Source: Octopus sinensis (Eukaryota). From it: DNA of 64,000 bases. How positions within the stretch are numbered: the stretch's first letter is position 1; each line of letters begins with the position of its first letter. The DNA lies in the NCBI RefSeq assembly GCF_006345805.1, contig NC_042997.1, positions 115,010,001-115,074,000 on the forward strand, in the 5' to 3' direction. Below, in pieces: positions 1 to 12,007 of this stretch. The notes under the pieces were generated by a model. That model was not told the origin of the DNA, did not search any database, and was given only the letters and a program-made list of their open reading frames with translations. The translations under genes were made by a program, and so were the position numbers.

Positions 1-530
1 TGCTGAAAGTGTAACTCCTAGAGTAAGAATAGCTTGGGCAAAGTTCAGAGAGCTCTTACCTCTGCTGGTGACAAAAGGCCTCTCGCTCAGAGCAAAAGGC
101 AGACTGTATGACGCGTGTGTACGAACAGCCATGCTACATGGCAGTGAAACATGGGCCATGACTGCTGAGGATATGCGTAAGCTCGCAAGAAATGAAGCCA
201 GTATGCTCCGATGGATGTGTAATGTCTGTTCATACTCGACAGAGTGTAAGTACCTTGAGAGAAAAGCTGGACTTAAGAAGCATCAGATGTGGTGTGCAAG
301 AGAGACGTTTGCGCTGGTATGGTCATGTGGCGAGAATGGATGAAGATAGTTGTGTGAAAAAGTGCCACACCCTAGCGGCTGAGGGAACCTGTGGAAGAGG
401 CAGACCCAGGAAAACCTGGGACGAGGTGGTGAAGCACAACCTTCGAACTTTAGGTCTCACTGAGGAAATGACTAGAGACCGAGACCTCTGGAAGTATGCT
501 GTGTGTGAGAAGACCCGGCAGGACAAGTGA
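1..530 (+). mobile_element. RTE-clade LINE, C-terminal end of the ORF (frameshifted near 225), continuing from upstream of the window
   Basis: Two overlapping frames join to ...RIAWAKFRELLPLL..KGRLYDACVRTAMLHGSETW..RNEASMLRWMCNV / VHTRQS..RRLRWYGHVARM..GRGRPRKTWDEVV..DRDLWK*. These are typical RTE/BovB-like C-terminal motifs. Confidence 0.9.
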
Positions 531-1041
531 GACCATAACCCGTGGCTTTCTACACGGGATGTAGCCAGTCCACTTATGCATACCTTCCCTTCTTGGGACA
601 CAAAACTCTACTTGTGAAGACCTGTTGAGGCAAGTGAGAATCAGCATCAAAATCGATCAATGGAAATTGCAGCTGAGATACCAGTGCCGGTGGCACGTAG
701 AGAACCATCTGAACGTGGTCGTTGCCAGCGCCGCCCCGACTGCCCTCCGTGCTGGTGGCACGTAAAAAGCACCATCCGTTCGTGGCCGTTGCCAGCCCTG
801 CCTAGCACCCGTGCCGGTGGCACATAAAAGGCACCATCTGATTGTGGCCGTTTGCCAGACTCGTCTGGCACCAGTGCCGGTGGCACGTAAAAAGCACCCA
901 CTACACTCAAGGAGTGGTTGGCATTAGGAAGGGCATCCAGCCGTAGAAACATTGCCAGATCAGACTGGGCCTGGTGCAGCCTTCTGGCTTCCCAGACCCC
1001 AGTTGAACCGTCCAACCCATGCTAGCATGGAAAGCAGACGT
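531..1041 (+). mobile_element. 3' UTR of the RTE LINE with internal ~55-65 bp tandem units and a (GAT)n tail
   Basis: It follows the ORF stop directly, has about 5 copies of GCCGGTGGCACGTAAAAAGCACC and ends GTTAAAC(GAT)n. The same 3' UTR recurs as truncated copies throughout 1-23 kb. Confidence 0.85.
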
Positions 1042-1444
1042 TAAACGATGATGATGATGATATTATATATATGTAAGTCTGAGCGTTAAACTAATACATC
1101 TGTTGTTTACACACCTGTCTTCATCTTTTGTTTTTTTGTAAATTCTCACTATATATGTATAGATATATGTATGCATGTGTGTCTTTGTGTTTGTCCTCCT
1201 GCTACCATTTGACAACCAGTCTTGGTTTGTTTGCATCCTCGGTAACTCTTCAGATTGGCAAAATGAACCTATAGAATGAGAGTCAGGTTTTAAAAAATAA
1301 GTACTGGGGTTGATTTGTTTAGTTGTACCCTTCATGCTGGTGCCCAGCATGGCCACAATCTAATGACTGAAACAAGTAAAAATATAAGAGTATTTTAACA
1401 ATGGAAAAGGATGTGAATTAACACGTTTCCTTCTTGAATTTTAG

Positions 1445-1557
1445 GGGCTGTTGAACCTTCAGTAATGAATCCCATTAATGTAGAAACACATGACTTCAGA
1501 ATTCCTGTCAGGGAAATCCTTAAACCTGATGATATGGACAAGTGGAGAAAATCTAAG
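1445..1557 (+). CDS. PTPA: PTPA (PP2A phosphatase activator) coding exon A, probably the second exon
   Basis: ttttag|GG..AVEPSVMNPINVETHDFRIPVREILKPDDMDKWRKSK|gtaaac. It matches the PTPA N-terminus (F.IP.KEI...DM.KW..S). The acceptor is phase 1, and an in-frame ATG at 1465 is an alternative start. Confidence 0.85.
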
Positions 1558-1774
1558 GTAAACTATTTGTTTCTTCAAAATTGTTGGTTGATTTTCCTGA
1601 GCACAAAAAAAGCAAAAAGAAAAACCCTCCCAAAAAACCATTCCTGTGCTTGACATCCTTCAGCGCCTTTTAATGGTATTTATTGTTCTGTCTTGATTTA
1701 TTAAATTTGTTCTCAAACAATCCAGAAGCAGAAAAAGTCATTTCATTGTTTTATTCTTCTTTATTCTTAGACAT

Positions 1775-2450
1775 GGCAAGTGAAATCATCATCGTGGATG
1801 ATGACAGTACCGCCTGATTGGCATCTGTGTTGGTGGCATGTAAAAAGCACCATTTGAGCATGGTCGATGCCAGTGCTGCCTGACTGGTCCTGTGCCGGTG
1901 GAACATAAAAAGCACCATTTGAGTGTTGTCGATGCCAGTACCAGCTGACTGGTCCCATGCTGGTGGCATGTAAAATGCACCATTCAAGCATGGTTGATGC
2001 CAGTGCCAGCTGACTAGTCCAATGCCGGTGGCATGTAAAAAGTACCAGTTAAGCGTGGTTGATGCCAGTGCTGGTTGACTGGTCCTGTGCCGATGGCACA
2101 TAAAAAGTACCATTCAAGTGTGGTTAATGCCATTGCCACCTGACTGGTCCTGTGCCTGTGGCACATAAAAAGCACCGTTTGAGCATGGTCTACGCCAGTG
2201 CCACCTGATGGTCTCGTGCCTGTGGCATGTAAAAAGCACCATTTGAGCGTGGTTGTTGCCATTGCCACCTGACTGGCTACTGTGCCAGTGACATGTAAAA
2301 GTACTATTCAAGTGTAGTTGTTGCCAGCACCGCCTGACTTGCCCTCGTGTCGGTGGCACATAAAAAACACCCACTACTCTCGGAGTAGAAACTTTGCCAG
2401 CTGTAGAAACTTTGCCAGATCAGATTGGAGCCTGGTGCAGCCTTCTGGCT
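1775..2450 (+). mobile_element. RTE 3'-UTR fragment with 9 tandem ~65 bp units
   Basis: The GGTGGCA(C/T)GTAAAAAGCACCAT core recurs about every 65 bp from 1830 to 2375, followed by the shared terminal segment. Confidence 0.85.
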
Positions 2451-2726
2451 GGATGTCTCCTGGGGCTAAATTATAGCAACATTCGTCCTAAACCAGGACT
2501 GCCATGTTGGTAAACAATCTTTACTCTGAAATAAAGTTATTGTATTTCAATCATCTTTCTAGATGGTGCTTAACTTTGGTTATAGGAAGAGAATTGGTGT
2601 CTGCAATATGATATGGCTGTGTAATTAAGATGTTTGCTTCTCAACTGTGTTGAATGCTCATAGAACAGTCAAGCCAAGAAATTTTGAAAATTGTCCATAA
2701 TTTTCATCATAAAAAAATGCTAAAAA

Positions 2727-3168
2727 TTATCTACCAACATAACATGGCAGTCTTGGTTTAAGACGAATGTTGCTGTAATTTAGCCCCAGGAGACATTGTC
2801 TCCAACTGGCTATATGACACAATCTGTGTCCTTATTTTTTCGAACAAGGGCATTTAGCATTCCCACTCAGCTCAAAACAATATCTGTGTGTCACGATTTC
2901 TGGGTTATTTCCCTTCATCAGCATAGAATAATTGTTCGGCTGGGTGGGGCGTTGCCAAATTCCTGTTCAAAATATATAGTTTGAAGGGAAATAACCTGGA
3001 AATTGCAATACATAGATATTGTTTTGAACTGAGTGGGGGGTGCTAAATGCCCTTGTTTGAAAAAAAAAAAGAAAATATAAGGACACAATGTCTCCTGGGG
3101 CTAAATTACAGTAATATTCATCCTAAACCAGGACTGCCATGTTATGTTGGCAAATAATCTTTACTCTA
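2727..3168. mobile_element. Head-to-head foldback of a hammerhead-bearing (Penelope pLTR-like) repeat
   Basis: 2727-2918 is an imperfect reverse complement of 2982-3159. A third partial copy lies at 2454-2526. Confidence 0.7.
2883..2927 (-). ncRNA. Minimal type I hammerhead ribozyme motif (partly decayed)
   Basis: Minus strand reads TCTATG CTGATGA AGGG-AAATAA-CCCA GAAA TCGTGA CA CACAGA. The opposite arm reads GAAA TTGCAA TA CATAGA, giving a consensus with stem I TCTATG/CATAGA and a palindromic stem III. Confidence 0.65.
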
Positions 3169-3469
3169 GAGTACTGTTGCTGAATATCTCTCATTGAGAG
3201 ATTTAGAAATAGTAATTTTCTATAAAAAATGCTGTGCAGTTTTTTTTCACCAATAGCCTGGGTACCCTCCATGACATTATCATATTATTCCCCTTTAATT
3301 TCCAAGTTGTTAAGATTTCCACCAGCAGAAAGGAGTCTGTACTTGGTAACACTCCAAACCACCAACAACTTGCTACTCGTGTTTTACATTTAAACTGTGA
3401 TGTATGGTCAAAATCTTTTTTTTTATGTGTTAAAGGTTGATATAGAATCTGTTTTTTTTTTCTTGTACT

Positions 3470-3677
3470 CTAGACACAAGGCTGGAAATTTTTTTTTTGG
3501 TAGGGGAGGCCAGTTGACTAGATCGACCCCAGTATGCAACTGGTGCTTAATTTATCAACCCTGAAAGGATGAATGGCAAAGTTGATCTTGGCAGAATTTG
3601 AACTCAAAATGTAAAGACAGACAAAATACCGCTAAGCATTTCACCCAACATGCTAACGTTTCTGCCAGCTCGCCGCC
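3470..3677 (-). mobile_element. tRNA-derived SINE family A (GGCGGCGAGCTGGCAGAA head; CCTTTCATCCTTTCGGGGTCGATAAA central domain)
   Basis: A/B-box-like head and conserved body. Other copies lie near 10100-10690, 11355-11720, 17265-17471, 19900-20090, 24041-24252, 31030-32025, 33063-33345, 45748-45970, 54393-54619, 58630-58850 and 59690-59907. Confidence 0.85.
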
Positions 3678-3936
3678 TTTAGAATCTGTCTTTGATACAT
3701 GTCTACGTTTTTACAACCAAAATATTGCAAGACTTCTGAGGAATTGATGCTGTCAACATTTATTATGCTTTAGCCTTGAGAACCTGATTATTCCATAAAA
3801 AACTGAAAAGTAGCTGCTCCAGTTTGGGCCAACTATTCCTTGTTCTAATATTTTATTCTATGCAACAAGATTAATGGAAACATTTGCAAGTATCTAGGGG
3901 TCCTCACCCTCTATGTCTCATTAGATTTTTATCATA

Positions 3937-4322
3937 GGTGCAGGAGTGGCTGTGTGGTATGTAGCTTGCTTACCAACCACATGGTTCCGGGTTCAGTCCC
4001 ACTGCGTGGCACCTTGCACAAGTGTCTTCTATAGCCTCGGACCAACCAAAGCTTTGTGAGTGGATTTGGTAAATGGAAACTGAAAGAAGCCTGTTGTATA
4101 TATGTATATGTATATTTATGTGTGTTTGTGTTTGTTCCCCCAACATCGCTTGACAACCAATGCTGGTGTGTTTACGTCCCCGTAACTTAGCGGTTCGGCA
4201 AAACAGACCGATAGAATAAGTACTAGGTTTACACAGAATAAGATCTGGGATCGATCTGCTTGACTAAAGGTGGTGCTCCAGCATAGCCGCAGTCAAATGA
4301 CTGAAACAAGTAAAAGAGTAAA
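3937..4322 (+). mobile_element. tRNA-derived SINE family B (GGCGCAGGAGTGGCTGTGTGGTAAG head, internal (TA/TG)n, tail GAAACAAGTAAAAGA)
   Basis: Full-length copy. Others lie near 6575-7045(-), 24406-24806(-), 25367-25735, 27355-27815(-), 32050-32598(-), 33680-34480, 34990-35400, 42283-42610, 43735-44120(-) and 55522-56266. Confidence 0.85.
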
Positions 4323-4507
4323 AATGTAATCTAGTACTTCCAAGTACCAATCCTTAGTCAGTTTAGTCCAATATCAAAGACCAGGCAGTATGAGTTTGCT
4401 GTTCCTGGTGTAAGAGGTATTACCAATTGCTCAACCTCCTGACTAAAGTGCCTGAAGCTAATAGAAGCAACAATCTTGTAACTGAGTGTATAATCAGACA
4501 GGTCATT

Positions 4508-4928
4508 ATCATCATCATCATCGTTTAACGTCCGCTTTCCATGCTGGCATGGGTTGGATAGTTTGACTGAGGACTGGCAAGCCAGGAGGCTGCACCACGC
4601 TCAAATCTAATCTGGCAAAGTTTCTACAGCTGGATGCCCTTCTTAGTACCAATCACTCTGAGAGTGTAGTGGGTGCTTTTTACATTCCACAGGCATGGGA
4701 GCCAGTCAGGCAGTACTGGCATCAATCACACTCAAATGGTGCTTTTTACGTGCCATTGGTATGGGGGCCGGTCAGGTGGCACTAGCATCGACCATGCTTG
4801 AATGGTGCTTTTTACGTGTGACCAGCATGGGGGCCAGTCAGGCAGCTCTGGCATTGACCACATTCAAATGGTGCTTTTTACGTGCCACCGGCATGAGTGC
4901 CAGTCAAGCAGCACTGGCATTGGCCATG
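4508..4928 (-). mobile_element. 5'-truncated RTE 3'-UTR copy
   Basis: (CAT)n tail followed by the reverse complement of the 531-1041 UTR. Similar copies lie at 5697-6260, 7122-7690, 8318-9135, 15359-15583, 16773-17255, 18322-18585, 21735-21995 and 22763-22950. Confidence 0.8.
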
Positions 4929-5260
4929 ACTAGGTGGCACTTGGTGACTTATAATGGTTACTGAGTTACTGCTTGTTTTATAGTCTAGAGACTCAGTTAT
5001 TAGGACCGAAGACAAGTCACACGTCCTTATCAGAGACTGCAGCTAGGTAAAATGGTTGATCTTATGAAACAGTTTCAATAGATGTAAAGTGATTTGGCTT
5101 TCAGTAAATCTAAATGAAGACCCAACTGTCTCCAAGGGGTGTTGTTTAATGTTTGTTGTCTGAATGGTTGGTTTGTTAATGTTTCAGAACACAAGTTTGA
5201 CAAACCAATTACATATATGAAACTTACAATTTAAAAAAAAAAAAAAAATGTTTAATATAT

Positions 5261-5487
5261 TTGACCCATTCGTATTTAAACCAGCCACATCCAACCCAAA
5301 TATTCAACCAGTTTTATGTTCACACTGGCCATATCTGGCCTCTCACACTTAGCCTACAATGTTATTCTAAAAATAAACAGTCACATCATGGAAATCTCAG
5401 TTATGAAATATTGCATGATTAATTCAAAAGCAATCTGAATAAATAAGCATTATTTTTGATAAAATAATATGAATGTTGAAGCGTTAA
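5261..5487. mobile_element. Short non-autonomous DNA element with TTAA-like ends (piggyBac-like MITE)
   Basis: Ends read TTGACCC...GCGTTAA. A related internal fragment lies at 8180-8312. Confidence 0.4.
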
Positions 5488-5584
5488 GTGATGCTTCCTT
5501 CATATAAATAATTTCTTCCTTTTTTTAAAAAACCTTAATTGATAATTTCGAAATACATTTGAATTTACTGACTTCTCATTGCAG

Positions 5585-5671
5585 GCAAACAACGATCTTT
5601 TGGGTTTCATTATTGCAATGAATAATTCAGTGAAATCAATGAAAATATCTGGCACCTACCCAATATCTGAG
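5585..5671 (+). CDS. PTPA: PTPA coding exon B (87 nt)
   Basis: cattgcag|ANNDLLGFIIAMNNSVKSMKISGTYPISE|gtaagt; phase 0/0. Confidence 0.92.
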
Positions 5672-6433
5672 GTAAGTAAAACATGAATTTAATGATACAT
5701 CATCATCATCATCATCATTTAACATCCCTTGTCCATGCTGGCATGGATCGGACAGCATGACCAGGGCTGGTAAGCTGGAAGGCTGCACCAGACTCCAGTC
5801 TGATTTGGCATGGTTTTCCAAGAATGTAATGGGTGCTTTTATGTGCCACCGGCAAGGGTGCCATTTGTGTGGCACTGGTATCTGCCACTACTGCAATTTT
5901 GCTTGGCTTGATGGGTCTTCTTCTTAAGCATGATATAATACCAAAGGTCTCGGTCGTTGCTTCTGTGAGGCCCAACACTTGAAAGTAACTCAGCCACTTT
6001 GTCTCCATGAGGCCCGCCTCTTTTTACATGTAAGAAAGCACCGTTCACGTGTGGCTGATGCCAGTGCTGCCTGACTGGCTCCCGTGACATGTAAAAGCAC
6101 CCATTACACTCTTGGAGTGGTTGGCATTAGGAAGGGCACCCAGCTGTAGAAACCTTGCCAATTCAAGATTGGAGCCTGGTGCAGCCTCTCAGCTTGCCAT
6201 TTCTCAGTCAAGCTGTCCAACCCATGCCAGCATGGAAAGTGGACGTCAAACGACGACGACAACTTTTGTCCACCGTACTAACGATTCTTTCAGCTTGCCA
6301 ATGACATGAACAACAATGGTGCTGATGATGATGATGGTGAGTGAAATGGATGATAATGATAACAATGAGGAAAAGGATCATAATTTTCTGATTGATTGAG
6401 TTGTAAGTGAATTTGATTTTCTAAATATTGTAG

Positions 6434-6559
6434 ACTGTGAAGAAACTGATGGGCCTTTTGGATACGTTGGATCAATGGATGATGGACATTCTTCCGATTG
6501 ACCAACCTCAGAGATTTGGCAACAAAGCTTTCCAACAGCTTTATATTAAACTGAAAGAG
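6434..6559 (+). CDS. PTPA: PTPA coding exon C (126 nt)
   Basis: ttgtag|TVKKLMGLLDTLDQWMMDILPIDQPQRFGNKAFQQLYIKLKE|gtaagc; contains the conserved P.DQP.RFGNKA motif. Confidence 0.95.
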
Positions 6560-7848
6560 GTAAGCTTTTAATTCTCTTTTCATCTTTCATTTGTTTCAGT
6601 CATTGGACTGTGGTCATGCTGGGCACTGCTTTCAGGAATTTTTAGTTGAATTACTCGACCCCAATACTTATATATATTTTTTTAAAGCATGGTATTTATT
6701 CTCTCCGGTCTCTTTTGCTGAACTGTTTAGTGATGAGGACGTAAACACACCAACACTGGTTGTGAGGGACAAATGCAAACACACACACACACATATGTAC
6801 ATACATACATACTCACACACATGCAAACACACATATATACACACACACGTACACACATACACATATGCGCGCATGTGCACTCACATGATGGGCTTCTTTC
6901 AGTTTCTGTCTACCAAATCCACTCACAAGGTTTTGCTCAGCCTGAGGCCATAGTAGGAGACACTTGCTCAAGGTGCCATGCAGTGGGACTGAACTCGGAA
7001 CCATGTGGTTGGGAAGCAAGCTTCTTACCACACATCCACGCCTGTGCCTTCACACAACCATGCCTGCACTTATGTAATTTATATACATTTAAAGTGTTAA
7101 TCCTTTAACTGGTGTCAAGCAAATGGCACGTAAAAGCACCCATTACACTCTTGGAGTGGTTGGTGTTAGAAAGGGCATCCATCTGTAGAAACCATGCCAA
7201 ATCAGACTGGGGTCTGGTGCAGCCTTCCAGCTTGCTAGCCCTGCTCAAACCGTCCAACCCATGCCAGCATGAACATCATCATCATCATCATCTTTTAACA
7301 TCCGTTTTCCATGCTGGCATGAGTTGGACGGTTTGACAGGACTGTCAAGCCAGGAGACAGCACCAGGCTCCAATCTGATCTGGCAGAGTTTCTACAGCTG
7401 AATGCCATTCCTAATGCCAACCACTCCGAGATTGTAGTGAGTCAGTCAGGCGGCACTGGCATCAACTACGCTTGAATGGTGCATTTTACGTGCCACTGGT
7501 ACGGAAGCCAATCAGGCAGCACTGGCATAGCCAACGCTTGAATGGTGCTTTTTTATATACCAGCAGCACGGGAGCCAGTGAGGCGGCACTGGCATTGACC
7601 ACACTCGAATGGTTCTTTTTACGTGCCACCGACATGGGAGCCAGTCAGGCAGCACTGGCATCAGACACAACAACGATTTCACTTGATTCCGTAGGACAAC
7701 AAATGCTAAATGATGCTGATGATGATGGTATGATACCTGTAACCTATGCAGGAGATATATAAACAGAGCTAATTTAGCTGATTTCTCTTTACATTGAAAG
7801 AAAACGAGTCCTGTGGAAATATTTAGTTCTTTGTTTTTGTCTTTTCAG

Positions 7849-7966
7849 AATGTTGTAGAGGAAATGGAAAAATGTTTTGATGAAAAATATCACAAAGGTT
7901 TCCCAGAAATATCTACTTATCTGGTTGAAGGGATTGGTAATTCCACAAGAATTGATTATGGCACAG
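7849..7966 (+). CDS. PTPA: PTPA coding exon D (118 nt)
   Basis: ttttcag|NVVEEMEKCFDEKYHKGFPEISTYLVEGIGNSTRIDYGT-G|gttagt; contains the GNSTRIDYGTG signature. Confidence 0.96.
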
Positions 7967-9224
7967 GTTAGTCATGTCACCTTTGGATTTCTTTCTTTCC
8001 CATTGTTTGTCTTAAAAAAACGATATCTTTTTCATGAAAGCTGACACCTTGCTTGCATTAGTTACTGGGGACAAAAGTTGACAAGTGGTTAGATCAAGGG
8101 TGGAGACCCCCCTCCCCCCCGCAGGTACAACTGCACGCGTGGGTACGTTTTATTGTGCCCCCAGGCTGATATTCTCATGTACAGCCAGATCCAGCCTATC
8201 ACACTTTCCCTTCAATGCCATTCTAAAATATACAATCACATCATAAAAATTTCAGAGCTACAAAATAACGTATGATTAGTTAAAAACAATATGAATGAAA
8301 AAGCATTTTGACAGTATCATCATCATCATCATCCTCGTTTAATGTCTGCTTTCCGTGCTGGCATGTGTTGGACGGTTTGACTGAGGAGTGGTGAGCTAGA
8401 GGCTACACCAGGCTCAATCTGATCTGGCAAGGTTTCAACAGCTTGATGCTCTTCCTAATGCCAACCACTCCGAGAATGTAGTGGGTGCTTTTATGTGCCA
8501 ACAGCACATGTGCTGGTAAGGTGACGCTGTCAATGATCATGCTCGAATGGTGCATTTCATGTGCCAACAGCACATGTGCTTGTAAGGCGACGCTGTCAAT
8601 GATCACGCTCGAATGGTGCATTTCATGTGCCACCCGCAGTGGAGCCAATCCGTGGCCCTGGCGACGATCATGCTCAGACGTGCTTTTAATGTTCCACTGA
8701 CACGAGTGCCAATGAGGCGGTACTGTCATTGGCCACGTCAGTGATTTTGATAAAGTGTTAAATATGTCGTATCTCAATGTGTTTCAAAGTCAGATTATTT
8801 CATATTCCAGCCCCATTCTTTCTACTGTCTTCACCTTCATCATCATCAAATGTCTGTTGTCCATGCTGGCATGGGTTGGATGGTTTGACCAGGGCTGGTA
8901 AGCTGGAAAGCTGTACCAGACTCTAGTCTGATTTGGCATGGTTTCTATGGCTGGATACCCATCCTAACACCAACCACTCAGAGTGTAGTAGGTGGTTTTA
9001 TGTGCCACTGGCATGACATCAGTATCTGCCATGGCTGTGATTTTGCTCAGCTTGATGAGTCTTCTTCTCAAACATGACATAATGCCAAAGGTCTCGGTCA
9101 TTGCCTCCATGAGGCCCAACGCTCAAAAGGAACATCATTTTAAAATTTTCCCACTAGGAATTGAACTCATGTCCTTATGATCTATTGACTAACTCATACA
9201 TTTCCTCTTTTTCTTTTGCTTCAG

Positions 9225-9324
9225 GCCATGAAATGTCTTTTGCTGCTTTCCTCTGTACCTTATATAAAGTAGGGATCCTTACTGAGGCCGATGCCCCAGC
9301 TATTGTCTTGAAAGTCAACGAGAA
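9225..9324 (+). CDS. PTPA: PTPA coding exon E (100 nt)
   Basis: cttcag|(G)HEMSFAAFLCTLYKVGILTEADAPAIVLKVNE-K|gtgagt; phase 1/2, consistent with its neighbours. Confidence 0.95.
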
Positions 9325-9609
9325 GTGAGTATGATCACCCATCAGTAATAATGCTCTTTATATTGGACAGAGTCTTTCAGTCTTCTGTCAAACTTTGCTC
9401 TTCTTCAGGTGTCTTTAAAGAATGTTGAATGAAAGTTTTCCAGAATATTGTGATGAATGCAGTCATGGCTGTGCACAGGTGGCGTTTTGTGTAACCATGT
9501 GGCTTTGAGTTCTTTCTCACTGAGCAGTATCACAGATTGCTTCTGCTGTAGCTTCTGGCCTCGTGAGTGGATTTGGTAATGGAAACTGTTGGAAGCCCAT
9601 TGTCACCTC

Positions 9610-9679
<70 letters not shown>

Positions 9680-9681
<2 letters not shown>

Positions 9682-9823
9682 ATTGCAGCATGGAAGGTGT
9701 TTATAAGCCATTTATATACACACAAAAGCCGTTAGATTCACTTCAACATTTAAATTTAATTTGTCAAAATATTTTCGTCACTTTGAGACCATGACCTATT
9801 CACTGACAAAATTCCGTGCTGCA
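9680..9823 (-). mobile_element. Short repeat with a hammerhead-like variant fold, nested in a SINE B microsatellite
   Basis: Homologous to 26820-26955. Confidence 0.6.
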
Positions 9824-9833
9824 TACACACACA

Positions 9834-9876
<43 letters not shown>

Positions 9877-10694
9877 AGAACTTTGCTTCCCAACCACATG
9901 GTTTTGGGTTCAGTTCTACTGTGTGTCACCTTAGGCAAATGTCTTCCACTAGTTCCAGGCCAACCAAAGCCTTGTGCATGGAATTGGTATACAGAAAATG
10001 AAAGAAGCTTGTATATGTGTGTCCATGGATGTGTGTGTTAGTGTCTTTTGTCTTGACATCATGTGCCAAAATTAGAAACAATATTTATTATTGTTATTAA
10101 GGCAGTGAGCTGGCAGAATCATTAGCGCTCTGGGTGAATTGCTTAGCGGTATTTCATCTGCCATTAAATTCTGAGTTCAAATTCCTCTGAGGTTGACTTT
10201 GCCTTTTATCCTTTTAGGGTTGATAAAATTAGTACCAGTTATGCACTGGAGTTGATGTAATCAACTTAATCCCCTTCCTCTAGAAAGGATTATTATTATT
10301 ATTAAGGCGGCGAGCTGGCAGAATCGTTAGCACGCCAGACGAAATGCTTAGTGGTATTTCGTCTGTCGTTGTGAGCTCAAATTCTGCCGAGGTCGACTTT
10401 GCCTTTCATGCTTTTGGGGACGATAAATTAAGTACCAGTTACACACTGGGGTCGATGTAATCGACTTAATACCTATGTCTGTCCTTGTTTGTCCCCTCTA
10501 TGTTTAGCCCCTTGTGGGTAGTAAAGAAATAGGTATTTTGTCTGTCCCTACATTCTGAGTTCAAATTCCGCCAAGGTTGACTTTGCCTTTCATCCTTTTG
10601 GGGTTGATAAAATAAGTACTAGTTACGTACTGGGGTCGATGTCATCAACTCATCCCTTCCCCCCAAATTGCTGCCCTTGTGGCAAAATTTGAAA

Positions 10695-11335
10695 CTCTGT
10701 TTTCCTTTGCCTGATGACTGGCGAATGAGATTGTTTGGTGGACAAGGCTGAAAGGCATGAGGACAGATATGTTCCTCTTTGGTAAAGCTCTCATTGACTT
10801 CTTCAAGTTTCACTTGAAAAGGGAAATGAGAGTGGAGAGGGAAGTGCTTTCCTTGAGTGAGTTATAGAAAGGTGAGTGAAAGTTACAAAAATGGCAAGAG
10901 TGGATGGTACCTTTCTAAGTGTAGAGTTGTGAGTTGGAGAGAAGGAATTGGAGAGGGCACTTGCTCCTAGGGTTTCAAGGAAATCTTGGAGAGTGGGGTT
11001 CCTCGATTAACCCTAGAGGCCTTCATGTCAGGAAGGCCACATCTCTATCATCCACCCCTTCTTTTTTATTTATTTTAATTTTATTTTTAATTTCATTTTT
11101 AATTTTATTTTTTATTAAAATTTTTTTTTTAACCTTTGTATGCTATCCAAATGTCCCCTGTTATCCAGTGTATATGGTGTATACTTTATTTTTGTTTTTT
11201 TAATGCTTTTATTTTTTATATTTTTTTTATCATTTCATTATTATTATGCAAACCCCCCACACTTTATGTCTATCTCTGTATTGTCCCTCTTGTCCTTTGC
11301 CCTTGTGGCAAATAAATGAAATCATCATCATCATT
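10695..11335 (+). mobile_element. 5'-truncated L1/Tx1-like LINE 3' end
   Basis: Residual frame IVWWTRLKGMRTDMFLFGKALIDFFKFHLKREMRVEREVLS, then a T-rich UTR ending CCCTTGTGGCAAATAAATGAAA(TCA)n. The clade is assigned from memory of the C-terminal pattern. Confidence 0.55.
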
Positions 11336-11882
11336 ATTATTAAGATTATTTTTAAGACAGTGAGCTGGCAGAATTGTTAGCACACCATCTGATATGCTTA
11401 GCAGTATTTTGTCTGTCTTTATGTTCTGAGTTCAAATTCCACCGAGGTTGACTTTGCCTTTCATACTTTGAGGGTCGATGTAATAAGTACCTATTTCTTT
11501 ACTACCCACAAGGGGCTAAACACAGAGAGGACAAACAAGGACAGACAAACGGATTAAGTCAATTACATCGATCCCAGTGCATAACTGGTACTTAATTTAT
11601 TGACCCCGAAAGGATGAAAGGCAAAGTCGACCTCGGCGGAATTTGAACTCAGAACGTAACGGCAGACAAAATATGGCTATGCATTTTGCCCGGCATGCTA
11701 ACGTTTCTGCCAGCTCGCCGTTACGTACTGGGGTCAATGTAATTGACTTAACCCCTCCCCTAAAATTTTGGGCCTTGTGCCGATATTAGAAAGGATCATC
11801 ATCATCATTATTATTATTATTTAAATTATACATTTAAAATTTTGGTGTATTCTAACAAATGTTCACTGTGTTCTGAATGCAG

Positions 11883-12007
11883 GTATTTGCAGCTGATGCG
11901 TCGAATGCAGCAAAGATATCGAATGGAACCTGCTGGAAGCCATGGTGTTTGGAGCCTAGACGATTACCAATTCATTCCTTTCATCTGGGGAAGCAGCCAG
12001 CTTATTG
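11883..12007 (+). CDS. PTPA: PTPA coding exon F (125 nt)
   Basis: atgcag|(K)[42 protein letters not shown]|gtcagt; contains the [12 protein letters not shown] signature. Confidence 0.97.

Noticed and set aside
1808-2375. CRISPR-like array of conserved ~25 bp cores with intervening sequence
   Set aside because: The spacers are homologous to each other, there are no cas genes, the context is a eukaryotic intron, and the unit is part of the RTE 3' UTR.
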